The translations under genes were made by a program, and so were the position numbers. From contig JACOYO010000001.1 of NCBI GenBank assembly GCA_016181845.1, forward strand, positions 33,133 to 97,132: 64,000 nt of DNA, in the 5' to 3' direction. Below the pieces are notes generated by a model, which saw only the letters and a list, made by a program, of their open reading frames with translations, was not told where the DNA came from and did not search any database. This document shows, one piece after another, positions 30,678-40,756 of the stretch (its first letter is position 1; each line of letters begins with the position of its first letter). The stretch comes from Parcubacteria group bacterium. GTDB lineage: Bacteria > Patescibacteriota > Minisyncoccia > Phycocordibacterales > 21-14-all-47-15.

Positions 30678-31837
30678 AGTTGTTTAAAAAATTGAGTTAA
30701 ATTCTCAAGCATTTTTTCTTTTGAAAATCCCGCCGCTTTTTCACGCGCCGATTTTTCAAAACGCTGGCGCGCCACTGTCACATCCGCCAGTATTTCAATG
30801 ATTGCTTCTGCAAGAGCTTTTTTATCTTGATGCGTCACCAACCGCCCTGAAACGCTGTCTTCAATCAATTCAGAATTTCCGCCTACACGGGTCGTAACCA
30901 CGGGCACTCCCAAAGCCATCGCCTCAAGAATAGTGTGCGACAACCCTTCGTATCCGGTATTTAGCACGAATACATCCGCCACCATTAAATAAAGCATAGT
31001 GTCGTCGTGCGACAATTGCCCGATTAAGAATACGCTATTCTCCAATTTGAGATTTGAGATTTGAGATTTGAGATTCTTTCTTTCCGGCCCATCTCCGATA
31101 ATGTAGAGTTTTGCCTGCGGATATTTTTTTACTATTTCAGAAAACATTTCTATTAATGTTTCAAATCCTTTCCACGAAACAAGCCGCCCGATAGACACTA
31201 GTATCTCTCCTGGCCAGTCCCGCCCTTCAACGCGAGCCGGGGCGGACAAAAGAAGTCTCGCGCGAGCTTCATCGTGAGTGATATTTTGTTTCGGTAATTC
31301 AAACGCGTTATAGATAACTTCTACTTTTTCTGGAGCAACCCCCCATCCGTACACAATAATTTTTTTCAAATATTCGCTCGGCACAACTATCTTGTCCGCA
31401 TAGCGCGCCACATATTTTTGTATAGACCTACGCATTTCAATCCCAAGAGAATATTTTTTTCCCTGAAATTCATCCAACAAATCATATTCCTGATTTCTGA
31501 TTCCTGATTCCTGATTCACATATTCTTCCCACGCGCGGTCTCCTACAATTTTTACCACAAATTTTTTACCAAGTATTTTGGCGGCGCACAATGCGGGCAA
31601 GCCGACACCGAGCGGGTCTTGCGCGAAAATAATACCCGCCTCGGCTCCAGCGCGAAGCAGTTTGAAAAAATAAAAAAGATGTTTTACGCCAAAAGGCCAT
31701 TTTTTTACATCGCTCAATTTCACCACGGCAACCTGAAACCCACGGAGCGAGAGCTCGCGTTCCAAAAGAGCGGTGTATGTGGCCGGTCCGCCGATTTCGG
31801 GCGGATAGAGCGGTGTAGCAATAAGTATTTTTTGCAT
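30674..31837 (-). CDS. GT4 glycosyltransferase containing two in-frame heptamer arrays
   Basis: YPPEIGGPA, GRLVSWKG and EGLSHTILEAMALG motifs; start at MQKILIA. Confidence 0.9.
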   Translation of the reverse strand: MQKILIATPLYPPEIGGPATYTALLERELSLRGFQVAVVKLSDVKKWPFGVKHLFYFFKLLRAGAEAGIIFAQDPLGVGLPALCAAKILGKKFVVKIVGDRAWEEYVNQESGIRNQEYDLLDEFQGKKYSLGIEMRRSIQKYVARYADKIVVPSEYLKKIIVYGWGVAPEKVEVIYNAFELPKQNITHDEARARLLLSAPARVEGRDWPGEILVSIGRLVSWKGFETLIEMFSEIVKKYPQAKLYIIGDGPERKNLKSQISNLKLENSVFLIGQLSHDDTMLYLMVADVFVLNTGYEGLSHTILEAMALGVPVVTTRVGGNSELIEDSVSGRLVTHQDKKALAEAIIEILADVTVARQRFEKSAREKAAGFSKEKMLENLTQFFKQL

Positions 31838-31846
31838 AAGTTTATA

Positions 31847-31940
31847 TGTTGGACATCGGATGTCCAACAATATCGTATGTTTTACTTAACCATCTTCAAC
31901 TTCCAAACTGTTGGACATCCGATGTCCAACAGTTTGGAAG
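31847..31940. repeat. REP-like palindrome pair
   Basis: TGTTGGACATC-G-GATGTCCAACA at 31847-31869; palindrome with 20-nt arms and a 1-nt centre at 31900-31940. Confidence 0.85.
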
Positions 31941-32165
31941 AAACTCGCTCTCTATCATAGTTTTTGAGAGACATTGCGGAGCCCACAGGCGAGCATAGCA
32001 AATCCTGCTCGCAAGCAGGTTCTGAAGCGAATATTTGAAGCTTCAGAAAACCTTTTGAGAATTTTTGCAAGTTTTGCGAAGTAAAAAATCCAAAAGGTGT
32101 ACTAATCCTGTAAGGATTATGCGCGTCTATCAAAAACTCATGATGAGGAAGAGTTTCGTAATTCA
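31940..32165. repeat. Structured repeat family A, long copy with extra hairpins
   Basis: Same stems as 407-547 plus three additional internal hairpins. Confidence 0.9.
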
Positions 32166-33371
32166 TAGTAAAGCAAACATTCGCTCAAAAACTTTTTCTT
32201 TCATTTGTTTAGCTATTATGTTCCAATCATATTTTTCTAGAACCATAGCCCGAGCATTCGCACTAATTTTTTCTTTCAATGCTTTATCTTCCATAAGCCG
32301 CTTCACTTGCACGGCAACGCTTTCTGGGTTATCCACCTCGCAAAAAAGCCCCGTCCCTTCGTCTTTCAAAAAGTCGGTAATGCCGCCAACTGGAGTACCA
32401 ATCACCGGCAACCCAGCCGCCATCGCTTCAATAAATGAGTTCCCCATGCCTTCTGAACGTGACGGGCGTACAAAAATATCAGCGATACTTAAATAACGAG
32501 GCACTTCGGCGCTATCCACCGATTTTATAAAAACGATTCGCTCCGACACGTGCTCTCTTTGAGCAAGCGCACGAAGGAACGCTTCATCCGGCCCTGCCCC
32601 CACAACAAGAAATTTCACATGTGAAGGCAAAAACGCGAGTGAGCGAATGACATCATCAACAGCGTTCTTGTGTACCAGGCGCGACGTGGTGATAAGCAAT
32701 ATATCATAACTAGAAAATCCGAGGGTGGCGCGCGCGTTCTGTCTCTCTTCTTTTGAAACATTTTGAGAAAATAGCGCCACATCAACGCCGTTTGGGATAA
32801 CTTCAGTGTGGCTTCTATACTTCATTGTCTTTTTTGCGAATACTTCAATCAAAAATGTGGAGATACCCTGAATGATGTCGGCTCGGTCAAAAATTTCTTG
32901 AAACCACCCACGCGCAAAACGCACGCGCCGCAAAATATGTGCTATCGGGTCACCCTCCTGCAAAGCCAGCACAAATGGCACATGAGGAAACTTCTTTTTG
33001 AAAAAAAGAGCGGCAAATCCGGCGTAATTTGCCATGATAGACCACACGGCATCATACGGATTCTCCCGATGCAGTTTTTTTGCGTATAGCGCCGCCAAAA
33101 AAGGAAATAAATATTTATTGATAGACAGAGGAAACCGAATTACCATATCTTTTACGGAACCTTTTTTTAATTCCGTAAATCCGATTCGGTGGACATTCAC
33201 GTTTCCAATTCTTTCATACCGCGGCAAATCAGAACTCAACCGGAGCGTGATCATATCAAACAGAAAATCCGGAAGCCGGTCCGTAATATTTCGCACCGCG
33301 ACTTCCGCTCCGCCCACAAACGGCTCGTACATGAGAGAAAATATTAAAATTCTTTTTTTATTTTTTTCCAT
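32163..33371 (-). CDS. GT4 glycosyltransferase
   Basis: GGAE, SRLVHKN and EGMGNSFIEAMAAG motifs. Confidence 0.92.
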   Translation of the reverse strand: MEKNKKRILIFSLMYEPFVGGAEVAVRNITDRLPDFLFDMITLRLSSDLPRYERIGNVNVHRIGFTELKKGSVKDMVIRFPLSINKYLFPFLAALYAKKLHRENPYDAVWSIMANYAGFAALFFKKKFPHVPFVLALQEGDPIAHILRRVRFARGWFQEIFDRADIIQGISTFLIEVFAKKTMKYRSHTEVIPNGVDVALFSQNVSKEERQNARATLGFSSYDILLITTSRLVHKNAVDDVIRSLAFLPSHVKFLVVGAGPDEAFLRALAQREHVSERIVFIKSVDSAEVPRYLSIADIFVRPSRSEGMGNSFIEAMAAGLPVIGTPVGGITDFLKDEGTGLFCEVDNPESVAVQVKRLMEDKALKEKISANARAMVLEKYDWNIIAKQMKEKVFERMFALL

Positions 33372-33373
33372 TT

Positions 33374-34816
33374 TTATTCTACAATTTTGATGTCATCGGC
33401 GGTTAATTCTTCGCCATCTTTTTTCCTACTGAAAACGATGCCACCGACGGCAGTCAGCGTGATGCCGAGTACGCCCAAACCCCATAACCATGGCGAATAA
33501 CTTGACGCTTTTGGTAACTCCTTGACTGCGGGTAATGTTGCCGCAAGCGCAAGCACCGCCTCCTTTTTTGTTGTTTTGGTTTCCTGCGGTACCGGCAAAA
33601 AATCCTTATTTGAAGCCGTTAATTCTGTTTTTTGCAGCAATGACGCGCTTATCTGCGATTGAGATGAAGAGACTCTGCTCCGCGCAATAGGAGCCGCTTC
33701 TTCCACTTCAGTATACACCACGACGACTTCTCCGTTTGGATACAACAACGAAACCTCTTCTCTGTTCACAATAGGAAGTTTCGTAATTCTAAACGGAAAA
33801 ATTATCTTCGCGCCCGACAAAAGAAATGTATTTTTTGGAAAAGTAAAATATAAGTTCCCGGATTTTAGACGCCACCATGAAAGGTCAAGATCGCGAAGAG
33901 TCTTATTGTAGAGTTCAATAAAAGAATCAGCACCCGATGCGACACGAGAAATAATAATGTCAGCAGGCAACGCGTTGACTGTTAAAAAATCACTCGCGGC
34001 ATATTTTCCGGAAGACACGTCAAGCACGATACGATATTTGCCAGGATACAAAAACGCATGGAGCACTGATGCCCCTTCAATAGACGCACCGTCTCCAAAA
34101 CTCCACACAAACCGCGCGTCCTCAAGCGGTTTTCCAGCCGTGCCAATCGCCTTGCCCGAAAAAAGAGTGTCCGCGCCGACAATCACTTCTCTGTCATTCC
34201 CCGCAAAAGCGGAAATGCTATTGGTGTCAATGCTCCAGATGGAAGCACTTTCTGAAACAGCCGCTGACGATTCCTTTGGCGACTCACCTGCTGTCGTTGC
34301 ATCATTTGTAGTCTGTGCCATCGTATCAAGCGTCGTTGACGCCGCTTGCCATACGCCGTTTATCAATTGGAGAGATTTGCCGTCGCCGTTTGCGCCAAGC
34401 GCAGTGGTGTAGGAAGCCGTGTCTCCTGTTGAACCATCCGGCAAAACAAGCGCGACAGTATACACATTGTCATTCTGCTGTCCTATGTTCATAACAGTAT
34501 CAATCACGGAAATAGAAACCGTGTATTCGGCGACAAATTGCACCGCATCAGAAGCAAGAATTGCATACCCATGTGGAGAAAAAATCATTGAGCCAGTTCC
34601 TCCGTTTTTTGGCGGAGCATTCAACACATGATTGGAACCGTCATTAAATTTCCAGCCGGTTAAATCCACCGACTCTGTTCCATCATTGTATATTTTAATC
34701 CATTCGCGTCCGGCATCAGCACCTGGCAAGTCATACATGATTTCTACAATCCGCACGGAGGCATGCGTACAAAACGGCAAAAAAATTAAGACAAAAAGAA
34801 ATACAATTTTATACAT
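33374..34816 (-). CDS. Surface protein with lamin-tail and PKD domains and a C-terminal TM anchor
   Basis: Signal peptide; EIMYDLPG..EWIKIYN..DLTGWK; WSFGDG (PKD); TM helix followed by RKK. Confidence 0.8.
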   Translation of the reverse strand: MYKIVFLFVLIFLPFCTHASVRIVEIMYDLPGADAGREWIKIYNDGTESVDLTGWKFNDGSNHVLNAPPKNGGTGSMIFSPHGYAILASDAVQFVAEYTVSISVIDTVMNIGQQNDNVYTVALVLPDGSTGDTASYTTALGANGDGKSLQLINGVWQAASTTLDTMAQTTNDATTAGESPKESSAAVSESASIWSIDTNSISAFAGNDREVIVGADTLFSGKAIGTAGKPLEDARFVWSFGDGASIEGASVLHAFLYPGKYRIVLDVSSGKYAASDFLTVNALPADIIISRVASGADSFIELYNKTLRDLDLSWWRLKSGNLYFTFPKNTFLLSGAKIIFPFRITKLPIVNREEVSLLYPNGEVVVVYTEVEEAAPIARSRVSSSQSQISASLLQKTELTASNKDFLPVPQETKTTKKEAVLALAATLPAVKELPKASSYSPWLWGLGVLGITLTAVGGIVFSRKKDGEELTADDIKIVE

Positions 34817-34919
34817 TGTATAGAATTGTAACAACAGAAAATCGCGCGCGCAAACAAAATACGTTATACTAAATATTAAGCATTATAAAACTCAAACAAA
34901 AGAAATTAATTTAAAAAAT

Positions 34920-35771
34920 ATGTTTGGCATTATTATTGCGGGTATTGCGACTTTTTTTAATGAGATAGCGACCGCCATCGGGAAATACGAGGTATCAGAA
35001 CGCAAAGAAAGTGTTTACACAATGGGTTTCCTAAACATGTTTTGGGCGGCGCTTATTTTTTTTGGCATCGCTCTGTTTATCCGCAAAACATTCGCCTTTT
35101 CGCTTGAATCTCTGCCAACATTTAGTGTTCGCGCTTTTCTTGAGGTACTGCAAGCGCATGTTGCAATCCTCGCTATTACCACGGCCGACCGCAGCACTTT
35201 TAGTTTTATCAGGACAATAACCATTCCGCTTTTGCTCGTGGTAGATATCATACTCGGCTATTCCATAACCACAGGCAATATCATAGGCATCATTGTCATC
35301 GCCTTAGGATTTCTTATTCTTTTCATAAATCACGGCATACAAAAAAGGGGCGCATGGCTCGTACTTTTTACTGCAATCAACGCCGTAGCCACACTTTCTT
35401 TGTATAAATACGACATCACTTATTTCAATTCAATTGAGGCGGAACAAGGGTTAATGACGCTCATTCTCATGTTCTATTTTTTTGGCATGGCTTATTTTTC
35501 AGCAAAAGAAAATCCGTTTTCTTTTTTCAAAAAACGGATTTTTTTCGGGCAATCAATCTCAAGCGGTATTGCCAGCATTATTAGCAGTTTCGCATACGGC
35601 TTTGCGCCAGCGTCCATTATTACCGCGGCGTCACGCTCATTTGAAATCTTTTGGGCGATTATTTCAGGAAAAAAATACTTCCACGAAAAAAGTACGGCAG
35701 TAAAATTTATTTCAATGTTTTTTATTATTATCGGGCTTTTTCTTCTTGCTTATTCCATACAAAACGGGTAA
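34920..35771 (+). CDS. DMT/EamA-like membrane protein
   Basis: About 10 TM helices in 283 aa; C-terminal FHEK typical of EamA. Confidence 0.6.
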   Translation: MFGIIIAGIATFFNEIATAIGKYEVSERKESVYTMGFLNMFWAALIFFGIALFIRKTFAFSLESLPTFSVRAFLEVLQAHVAILAITTADRSTFSFIRTITIPLLLVVDIILGYSITTGNIIGIIVIALGFLILFINHGIQKRGAWLVLFTAINAVATLSLYKYDITYFNSIEAEQGLMTLILMFYFFGMAYFSAKENPFSFFKKRIFFGQSISSGIASIISSFAYGFAPASIITAASRSFEIFWAIISGKKYFHEKSTAVKFISMFFIIIGLFLLAYSIQNG

Positions 35772-35801
35772 TAATCAACCTGCGATATAGACGACGCTCA
35801 A

Positions 35802-37823
35802 TCACGCCTCATCGGTGTAAAGAATCTTTTTGAGCACGTCTTCAGGCACTTCCTTTTTTACCGCATGAACGAGGGATGATTTTTTTGTTTCTAACGAGGC
35901 GGTTGTTTTTGTAACCGAATCATCCGCTTTTTTTTCTGCGTCTGGTTCAGAGACTTTTTTTCCTTCTTTCTTTAGCGCATCAACATCTTTATGAAGCGCG
36001 GACGCAAGCGCTTCGCGCAGACCTTTCAGATTTTCCGGCGAGGCGCTTTTGTCAGACGGCGTCTTGTGCCCAAAACCATTTTTTAATGATGAAAGATGCA
36101 CAGGACGAATTGGCGCCACTTTTTTTTCTACCAATGAAGCTGGGGGTTGTTGTTCAAATTGTTTTTTTATTACAACCGAAGGAAGAGGATTTTTTGAAAT
36201 AGGTTGATGACGTTCAACCGGAGAGAATTTCATCGGTGGGTGTTTCATCGCTGTTGCCGCGCGAAATATGGGTGGTGAAATAGGACGCGGGGACACTGTC
36301 GTTTGTTTTGGAATTTCAATTTTTCGTCTTTCAAAAACAAGCGCCGGCTCTGGCTTGCGCGCTGAAATTTCATGGCGCTCTGTATGCGCTTTTTCACGCG
36401 CTACGACTTGTGGCAATGCTTGTTTTAATGAGGCGGCGCTTTGTTCCGGCTGTCGCGCCATTGTAGAGATAATGAAAGGGCGATAGGCACTTTCTTCGCT
36501 TTTTGGCGCCAACTTCTTGCTTGGAGCCGATTCCTCTGCCAAATGCCATTTTTCAATTTCTGCTTCCACCATCTCGCGCGGCCTGGCATATTGAGTGCGC
36601 GTATAGTCAATGATGCGTGTTTTATATGATACAGGCGGCCTTTCAATTGGAGGCAGTGTTTTTGCAGAAAAAGGATGCGAACCGACGCCGTCAATCATGA
36701 GCCGAAGATAAATCTGCGCGAAACCAAGTGACACGATATCTTCGCTCGTAAACACTTCACCGAATTCTTTTTCAAAAATTTCCGCGTCAAAAGAACCGAC
36801 GCGAAATACCGCCATGGTGCCGACGTTGCCGAATACCGCCGCGCGCACCTCCTCGGGCATCTGTTCCACGTACTGATGCGCGATGGTTAGGTTCAATTTG
36901 TATTTGCGCGCTTCCGACAAAATATCGGCAAATGACTCATTTGCAAATGATTGGAATTCATCTACATAAAAATAAAAATTCGGCAGGCGGGCGAGCTCAT
37001 GCTCAAGCAAATCTGCACGCGACATCGCCGAGAGATATATCTTCGTAATGAGCATACTGCCGATTAGACTCGCGTTCTGCTCCCCCATCCTTCCTTTTGA
37101 CAGGTTGACGATTAAAATTTTCTTGTCATCCAGAACTTTGCGCATATCAAAACTTGAATGCGGCTGGCCGATGATATTGCGAATCAGCGGATTGGAAATA
37201 AACTGTCCGACTTTGTTTTGAATCGCGGCGGTCGCTTCGGTAGCAAATTTATCGGAATACTTTGCAAACTCATCCACCCAAAACGCCTTTACTGACGGGT
37301 CGGTTACTTTTTCAACAACCTTCTTTCTATACGCCTTATCGGCAAACATTCGGTTCACCGACAAAAGCGTCGCGTCCGGATATTCAAGAAGCGCGAGCAG
37401 GGTGTTGTTCAATATATATTCCATGCGCGCAGACCACGCATCCACCCAGATTTTCTTAAACACCGACATGAGACCGTTGACAACCAAATGCCGTTTGTCT
37501 TTGCCGACGTCTTCCATGACGTTAAACGCAATCGGATAATCCAAATCAAACGGCGCAAAATAGACAACGTCTTGTATCCGCTCCTCCGGAATATATTCCA
37601 AAAGTTTTTCGGCAGTGCCTCCGTGCGGGTCAATAAAAGCAAGTCCTTCGCCGTTTTGAATATCTTGAATCGCCATGTTTTCAAGCATGGTACTTTTGCC
37701 CATGCCTGTTTTCCCGATAACATACAAATGCCGCGAGCGGTCGCTTGCTTTAATGCCGAATTTCACATGCTTATTGCGATAGTCGGTTTCGGCAAAATAG
37801 TTGATTGGATTTAGTTTATCCAT
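35802..37823 (-). CDS. VirD4/TraG-like (DUF87/HerA-type) ATPase of the kind common in CPR
   Basis: Walker A GKTGMGKS; IDPHG; YVDEFQ; EARKY; low-complexity tail. Confidence 0.85.
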   Translation of the reverse strand: MDKLNPINYFAETDYRNKHVKFGIKASDRSRHLYVIGKTGMGKSTMLENMAIQDIQNGEGLAFIDPHGGTAEKLLEYIPEERIQDVVYFAPFDLDYPIAFNVMEDVGKDKRHLVVNGLMSVFKKIWVDAWSARMEYILNNTLLALLEYPDATLLSVNRMFADKAYRKKVVEKVTDPSVKAFWVDEFAKYSDKFATEATAAIQNKVGQFISNPLIRNIIGQPHSSFDMRKVLDDKKILIVNLSKGRMGEQNASLIGSMLITKIYLSAMSRADLLEHELARLPNFYFYVDEFQSFANESFADILSEARKYKLNLTIAHQYVEQMPEEVRAAVFGNVGTMAVFRVGSFDAEIFEKEFGEVFTSEDIVSLGFAQIYLRLMIDGVGSHPFSAKTLPPIERPPVSYKTRIIDYTRTQYARPREMVEAEIEKWHLAEESAPSKKLAPKSEESAYRPFIISTMARQPEQSAASLKQALPQVVAREKAHTERHEISARKPEPALVFERRKIEIPKQTTVSPRPISPPIFRAATAMKHPPMKFSPVERHQPISKNPLPSVVIKKQFEQQPPASLVEKKVAPIRPVHLSSLKNGFGHKTPSDKSASPENLKGLREALASALHKDVDALKKEGKKVSEPDAEKKADDSVTKTTASLETKKSSLVHAVKKEVPEDVLKKILYTDEA

Positions 37824-38025
37824 AAATGAAGTAAATGCGCTTTTATCCTTTTATAATTGTATAACATCTTTGTCGTAATGACCAGTATACGTTTGTAGGC
37901 GACAGAAACACAATTTTATGTCTTTTTCATAGAGCAACATTTATCCACTCGTGTACACTTGGCTATCATTTCTCGCGTGTTAGCATACAGAAAGATACTT
38001 GCCAATCTTTTCAATGGAGGCAACG

Positions 38026-38538
38026 ATGAAAACACTATGCCGATGTTTTTTGCTTGCAGCGGCGCTGGTGATGTTCACCGTTGCCGCGCCAAAAATAAAT
38101 GCCGAGGATGACGAGCTTGCTGTGCAAAAATGGATACAATGGGTCCAAGACGGCGGGAGATGGGACATCGCGCCAAATGGCGAATTGCTCATTCCGGTCT
38201 ATTATGACCCGATAAAAGAGATGTTCTACTTCACCATCCACACCATGCTTGATAACTATCCAATATCGGAAGGATACCGCCCCAAAGAAAGAACTTTCCC
38301 GGAGCCGTCAATACACCTTGAGTGGATAGCCGAAGACGGAAACGGGCACGCGTATGTCGCGGCGCTACAACCGCGAATAGCGGCGCAAGTGCGCACGACA
38401 TTGGAAAATATGCGGAGAAAAGGCGGCATCTTTTTTGCCGGCACTTGGGAGTACTGTAAAGATTTCGGGAAACCATTTGCCAACGACGAATGCGCCGAAG
38501 TTTTCAAGAAACGACTCCCATTTCTCTTTACTGATTAA
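38026..38538 (+). CDS. Secreted hypothetical protein
   Basis: GGAGG SD, signal peptide and own terminator. Confidence 0.65.
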   Translation: MKTLCRCFLLAAALVMFTVAAPKINAEDDELAVQKWIQWVQDGGRWDIAPNGELLIPVYYDPIKEMFYFTIHTMLDNYPISEGYRPKERTFPEPSIHLEWIAEDGNGHAYVAALQPRIAAQVRTTLENMRRKGGIFFAGTWEYCKDFGKPFANDECAEVFKKRLPFLFTD

Positions 38539-38556
38539 GAATGGGCCCATATTTTA

Positions 38557-38602
38557 AAAACCCGAGTTACTGCCCACAAAATGGAGCGACAACTCGGGTT
38601 TT
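38557..38602. terminator. Bidirectional terminator
   Basis: AAAACCCGAGTT...AACTCGGGTTTT between convergent genes. Confidence 0.75.
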
Positions 38603-38615
38603 CTCTATTTTTTTA

Positions 38616-39182
38616 TTAGGCTTGCTTTTTCCTTTCTAAAAAATGCTCTGTTAAACACATACCGATTGAAAGCCACAAAGCGCCGACAAGATAGCCGGCA
38701 ATAACATCGCTTACATAATGCACGCCCAAGTAAAGGCGGCTAAATCCTATCAACAAAACAATAAAGACCGCCGCAACAGACACAACGATTTTTTCTTTTC
38801 GCGTCCGGCACATTCGAAACAGTATATAAGCAAGAAATCCGTATAAGGCAACGGCAATGGTCGCGTGTCCGCTCGGAAACGAAAAGGAATTTTCAATGAC
38901 CTCCGCCATTTCAGGCCGCGGCCGCGCAATGATATTTTTTAACAGATAGGTGAAAACTTCAGCGCCGGCAACGCTTGTCAAGAAAGGAAAAATAAAGACA
39001 CGTTTGTGAAAAAACCACAACGCAATGGAAACGGCTACCAAAAAACCGCCTGCAACATACCACTCGCCCAACCACGTTACCGTTGAAAAAACCTGAAGCC
39101 ACGGCGATTCGCGTATTGTTGAAAAAAAATTGAACGCTTGTGTATCAAACGAAAGTATCACATTGCCGAATACGGTAATCAT
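38616..39182 (-). CDS. PAP2-family phosphatase (undecaprenyl-PP phosphatase-like)
   Basis: KNIIARPRP, FPSGH and SRLYLGVHYVSDV motifs. Confidence 0.92.
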   Translation of the reverse strand: MITVFGNVILSFDTQAFNFFSTIRESPWLQVFSTVTWLGEWYVAGGFLVAVSIALWFFHKRVFIFPFLTSVAGAEVFTYLLKNIIARPRPEMAEVIENSFSFPSGHATIAVALYGFLAYILFRMCRTRKEKIVVSVAAVFIVLLIGFSRLYLGVHYVSDVIAGYLVGALWLSIGMCLTEHFLERKKQA

Positions 39183-39232
39183 TATCTCTATAGTATCGTA
39201 ATAGACCGATAAGAGCGAGCGGTTAATGTGTT

Positions 39233-39351
39233 TGAATTACGAAACTCGCCCTGAATCATAGTTTTTGAGAGACATTGCGGAGCCCACAGGCAAGCATAGC
39301 ATCCGCCCTGGGCGGAATGCGTGTCTTTCAAAAACCAACGATGAAGCAGAG
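39233..39351. repeat. Structured repeat family A, copy with an eroded right end
   Basis: TGAATTACGAAACTC...ATCATAGTTTTTGAGAGACATTGCGGAG... Confidence 0.85.
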
Positions 39352-39365
39352 AAATACAACCGTTC

Positions 39366-40709
39366 TTAAGAAATAAACGTATACGCTTGTCCGCCTTTGC
39401 CGGCGCGTCCGGTGCGGCCGATGCGGTGGATATAATCTTCGCGCGTGTTCGGCTGGTCAAAATTGATGACATGGCTTACGTTTGGAATATCAAGCCCGCG
39501 AGCCGCCACATCCGTTGCGACCAAGATATTCACCTTGCCATCTCGAAATGCTCTGAGCGCGCGATCGCGCTGCGGCTGAGATTTATTGCCGTGAATCGCC
39601 TCCGCTTTGAAACCTTCTTTTGAGAGTGTGTCAGCCAATTTTTGCACACTCCGTTTCATTTCTCCAAAAATGAGCACCTTTTCAAAGGCACTATGCGCTA
39701 GCATTTCTTTTAACTTGGCAAATTTCTCTTCTTTTGAGTGCGCGCGAATGACGTCCTGCGCTATGTGCTCGCTTCGCACGTTTGACGTCACCGATACCGT
39801 AACCGGTTCATTCAATATTTTTTCAAGTATTTTTTTAATGTCCGGAGTAATGGTCGCGCTAAAGCAAAGCGACTGGCGATTTTTTGGAATCTTGCCGATT
39901 AAAAATTCAATATCTTTGATGAAACCCATATCAAGCATGCGGTCAAATTCGTCAAGCACGAGAATAGACACGGAATCAAGCGAAAGCGCTTTTCGGTTTA
40001 CTAAATCTTTGAGCCGGCCCGGTGTGCCGATGATGACATGCGGATGCCGAGTCAATTCTCTCATTTGCTTGCCGATAGGCATCCCGCCGACACAGAGCGC
40101 CGAGTAGACATGGAGACCGTGCGCAAATTTTGTGAGCTCGTCGTTGATTTGTCCGGCAAGTTCACGGGTTGGTGCCATGATGAGCGCCGTCTCCCCGCTC
40201 TTCCGCGCGTGCAATTTTTGAATAATGGGCAACGCGAAAGCCGCCGTCTTTCCACTGCCGGTATTGGCGAGCCCGATGACATCTTTTTGTTTAAGAATAT
40301 AATGGATTGCTTCGTCTTGAATACGCGTCGGCGTCGTGAAGCCGATGCGAGTGAGATTTCCTTCAAGGGTTTTGTTCAGCCCAAAATCGGCAAACAGATG
40401 TTTCGGTTTGTATTCGCCCATGGCAACATGCACCGGCGTTTTATTGATAAACGTATCGGGATGAATATATTTCCCTCTTGATTGCGGTCTGCCAAAATGA
40501 GCGCCTCCTCGGTGTGGACGTGGCGCATAGCGGCCGTGTCCGCCGTGTCCGTGCGAAGATGATTGCGGCTTCCCATGAAAATGAGAATCCTGGCGCGAAG
40601 ATGATTTGCCGCCATGAGGACTTCCGTGACTTCCGTGAGAAGAATGCGAGGAATGAGATGATGTGCGCGAAGAACGACGTCCCCCACGTTTAAATGAGTT
40701 ATGATACAT
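39366..40709 (-). CDS. DEAD-box RNA helicase
   Basis: TGSGKT, PTRELA, DEFD, SAT and HRIGRTGRAG motifs; S/H/G-rich N-terminus. Confidence 0.95.
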   Translation of the reverse strand: MYHNSFKRGGRRSSRTSSHSSHSSHGSHGSPHGGKSSSRQDSHFHGKPQSSSHGHGGHGRYAPRPHRGGAHFGRPQSRGKYIHPDTFINKTPVHVAMGEYKPKHLFADFGLNKTLEGNLTRIGFTTPTRIQDEAIHYILKQKDVIGLANTGSGKTAAFALPIIQKLHARKSGETALIMAPTRELAGQINDELTKFAHGLHVYSALCVGGMPIGKQMRELTRHPHVIIGTPGRLKDLVNRKALSLDSVSILVLDEFDRMLDMGFIKDIEFLIGKIPKNRQSLCFSATITPDIKKILEKILNEPVTVSVTSNVRSEHIAQDVIRAHSKEEKFAKLKEMLAHSAFEKVLIFGEMKRSVQKLADTLSKEGFKAEAIHGNKSQPQRDRALRAFRDGKVNILVATDVAARGLDIPNVSHVINFDQPNTREDYIHRIGRTGRAGKGGQAYTFIS

Positions 40710-40756
40710 GAAATATCGATGTTATTTTTAATTTCGCCAATGAACAGCGAAACTAA

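Noticed and set aside
31882-32166. 94-aa ORF, and similar ORFs at 233-514, 22986-23192 and 39188-39472
   Set aside because: These are translations through the non-coding repeat family A; the shared QCLSKTMI-type peptides come from the repeat.
33490-33530. LPKAS as a sortase LPxTG signal
   Set aside because: The match is poor and no sortase is in the window; a plain TM anchor explains it.
35802-37823. Conjugative element implied by the VirD4-like ATPase
   Set aside because: There is no relaxase, VirB or integrase nearby, and this ATPase type is a common chromosomal gene in CPR.
407-39351. Repeats as a CRISPR array
   Set aside because: Copies are dispersed, not regularly spaced with unique spacers, and no cas genes are present.
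40540-40690. Short nucleotide repeats at the DEAD helicase 5' end
   Set aside because: Explained by a low-complexity S/H/G-rich disordered tail with period 9 (in frame).
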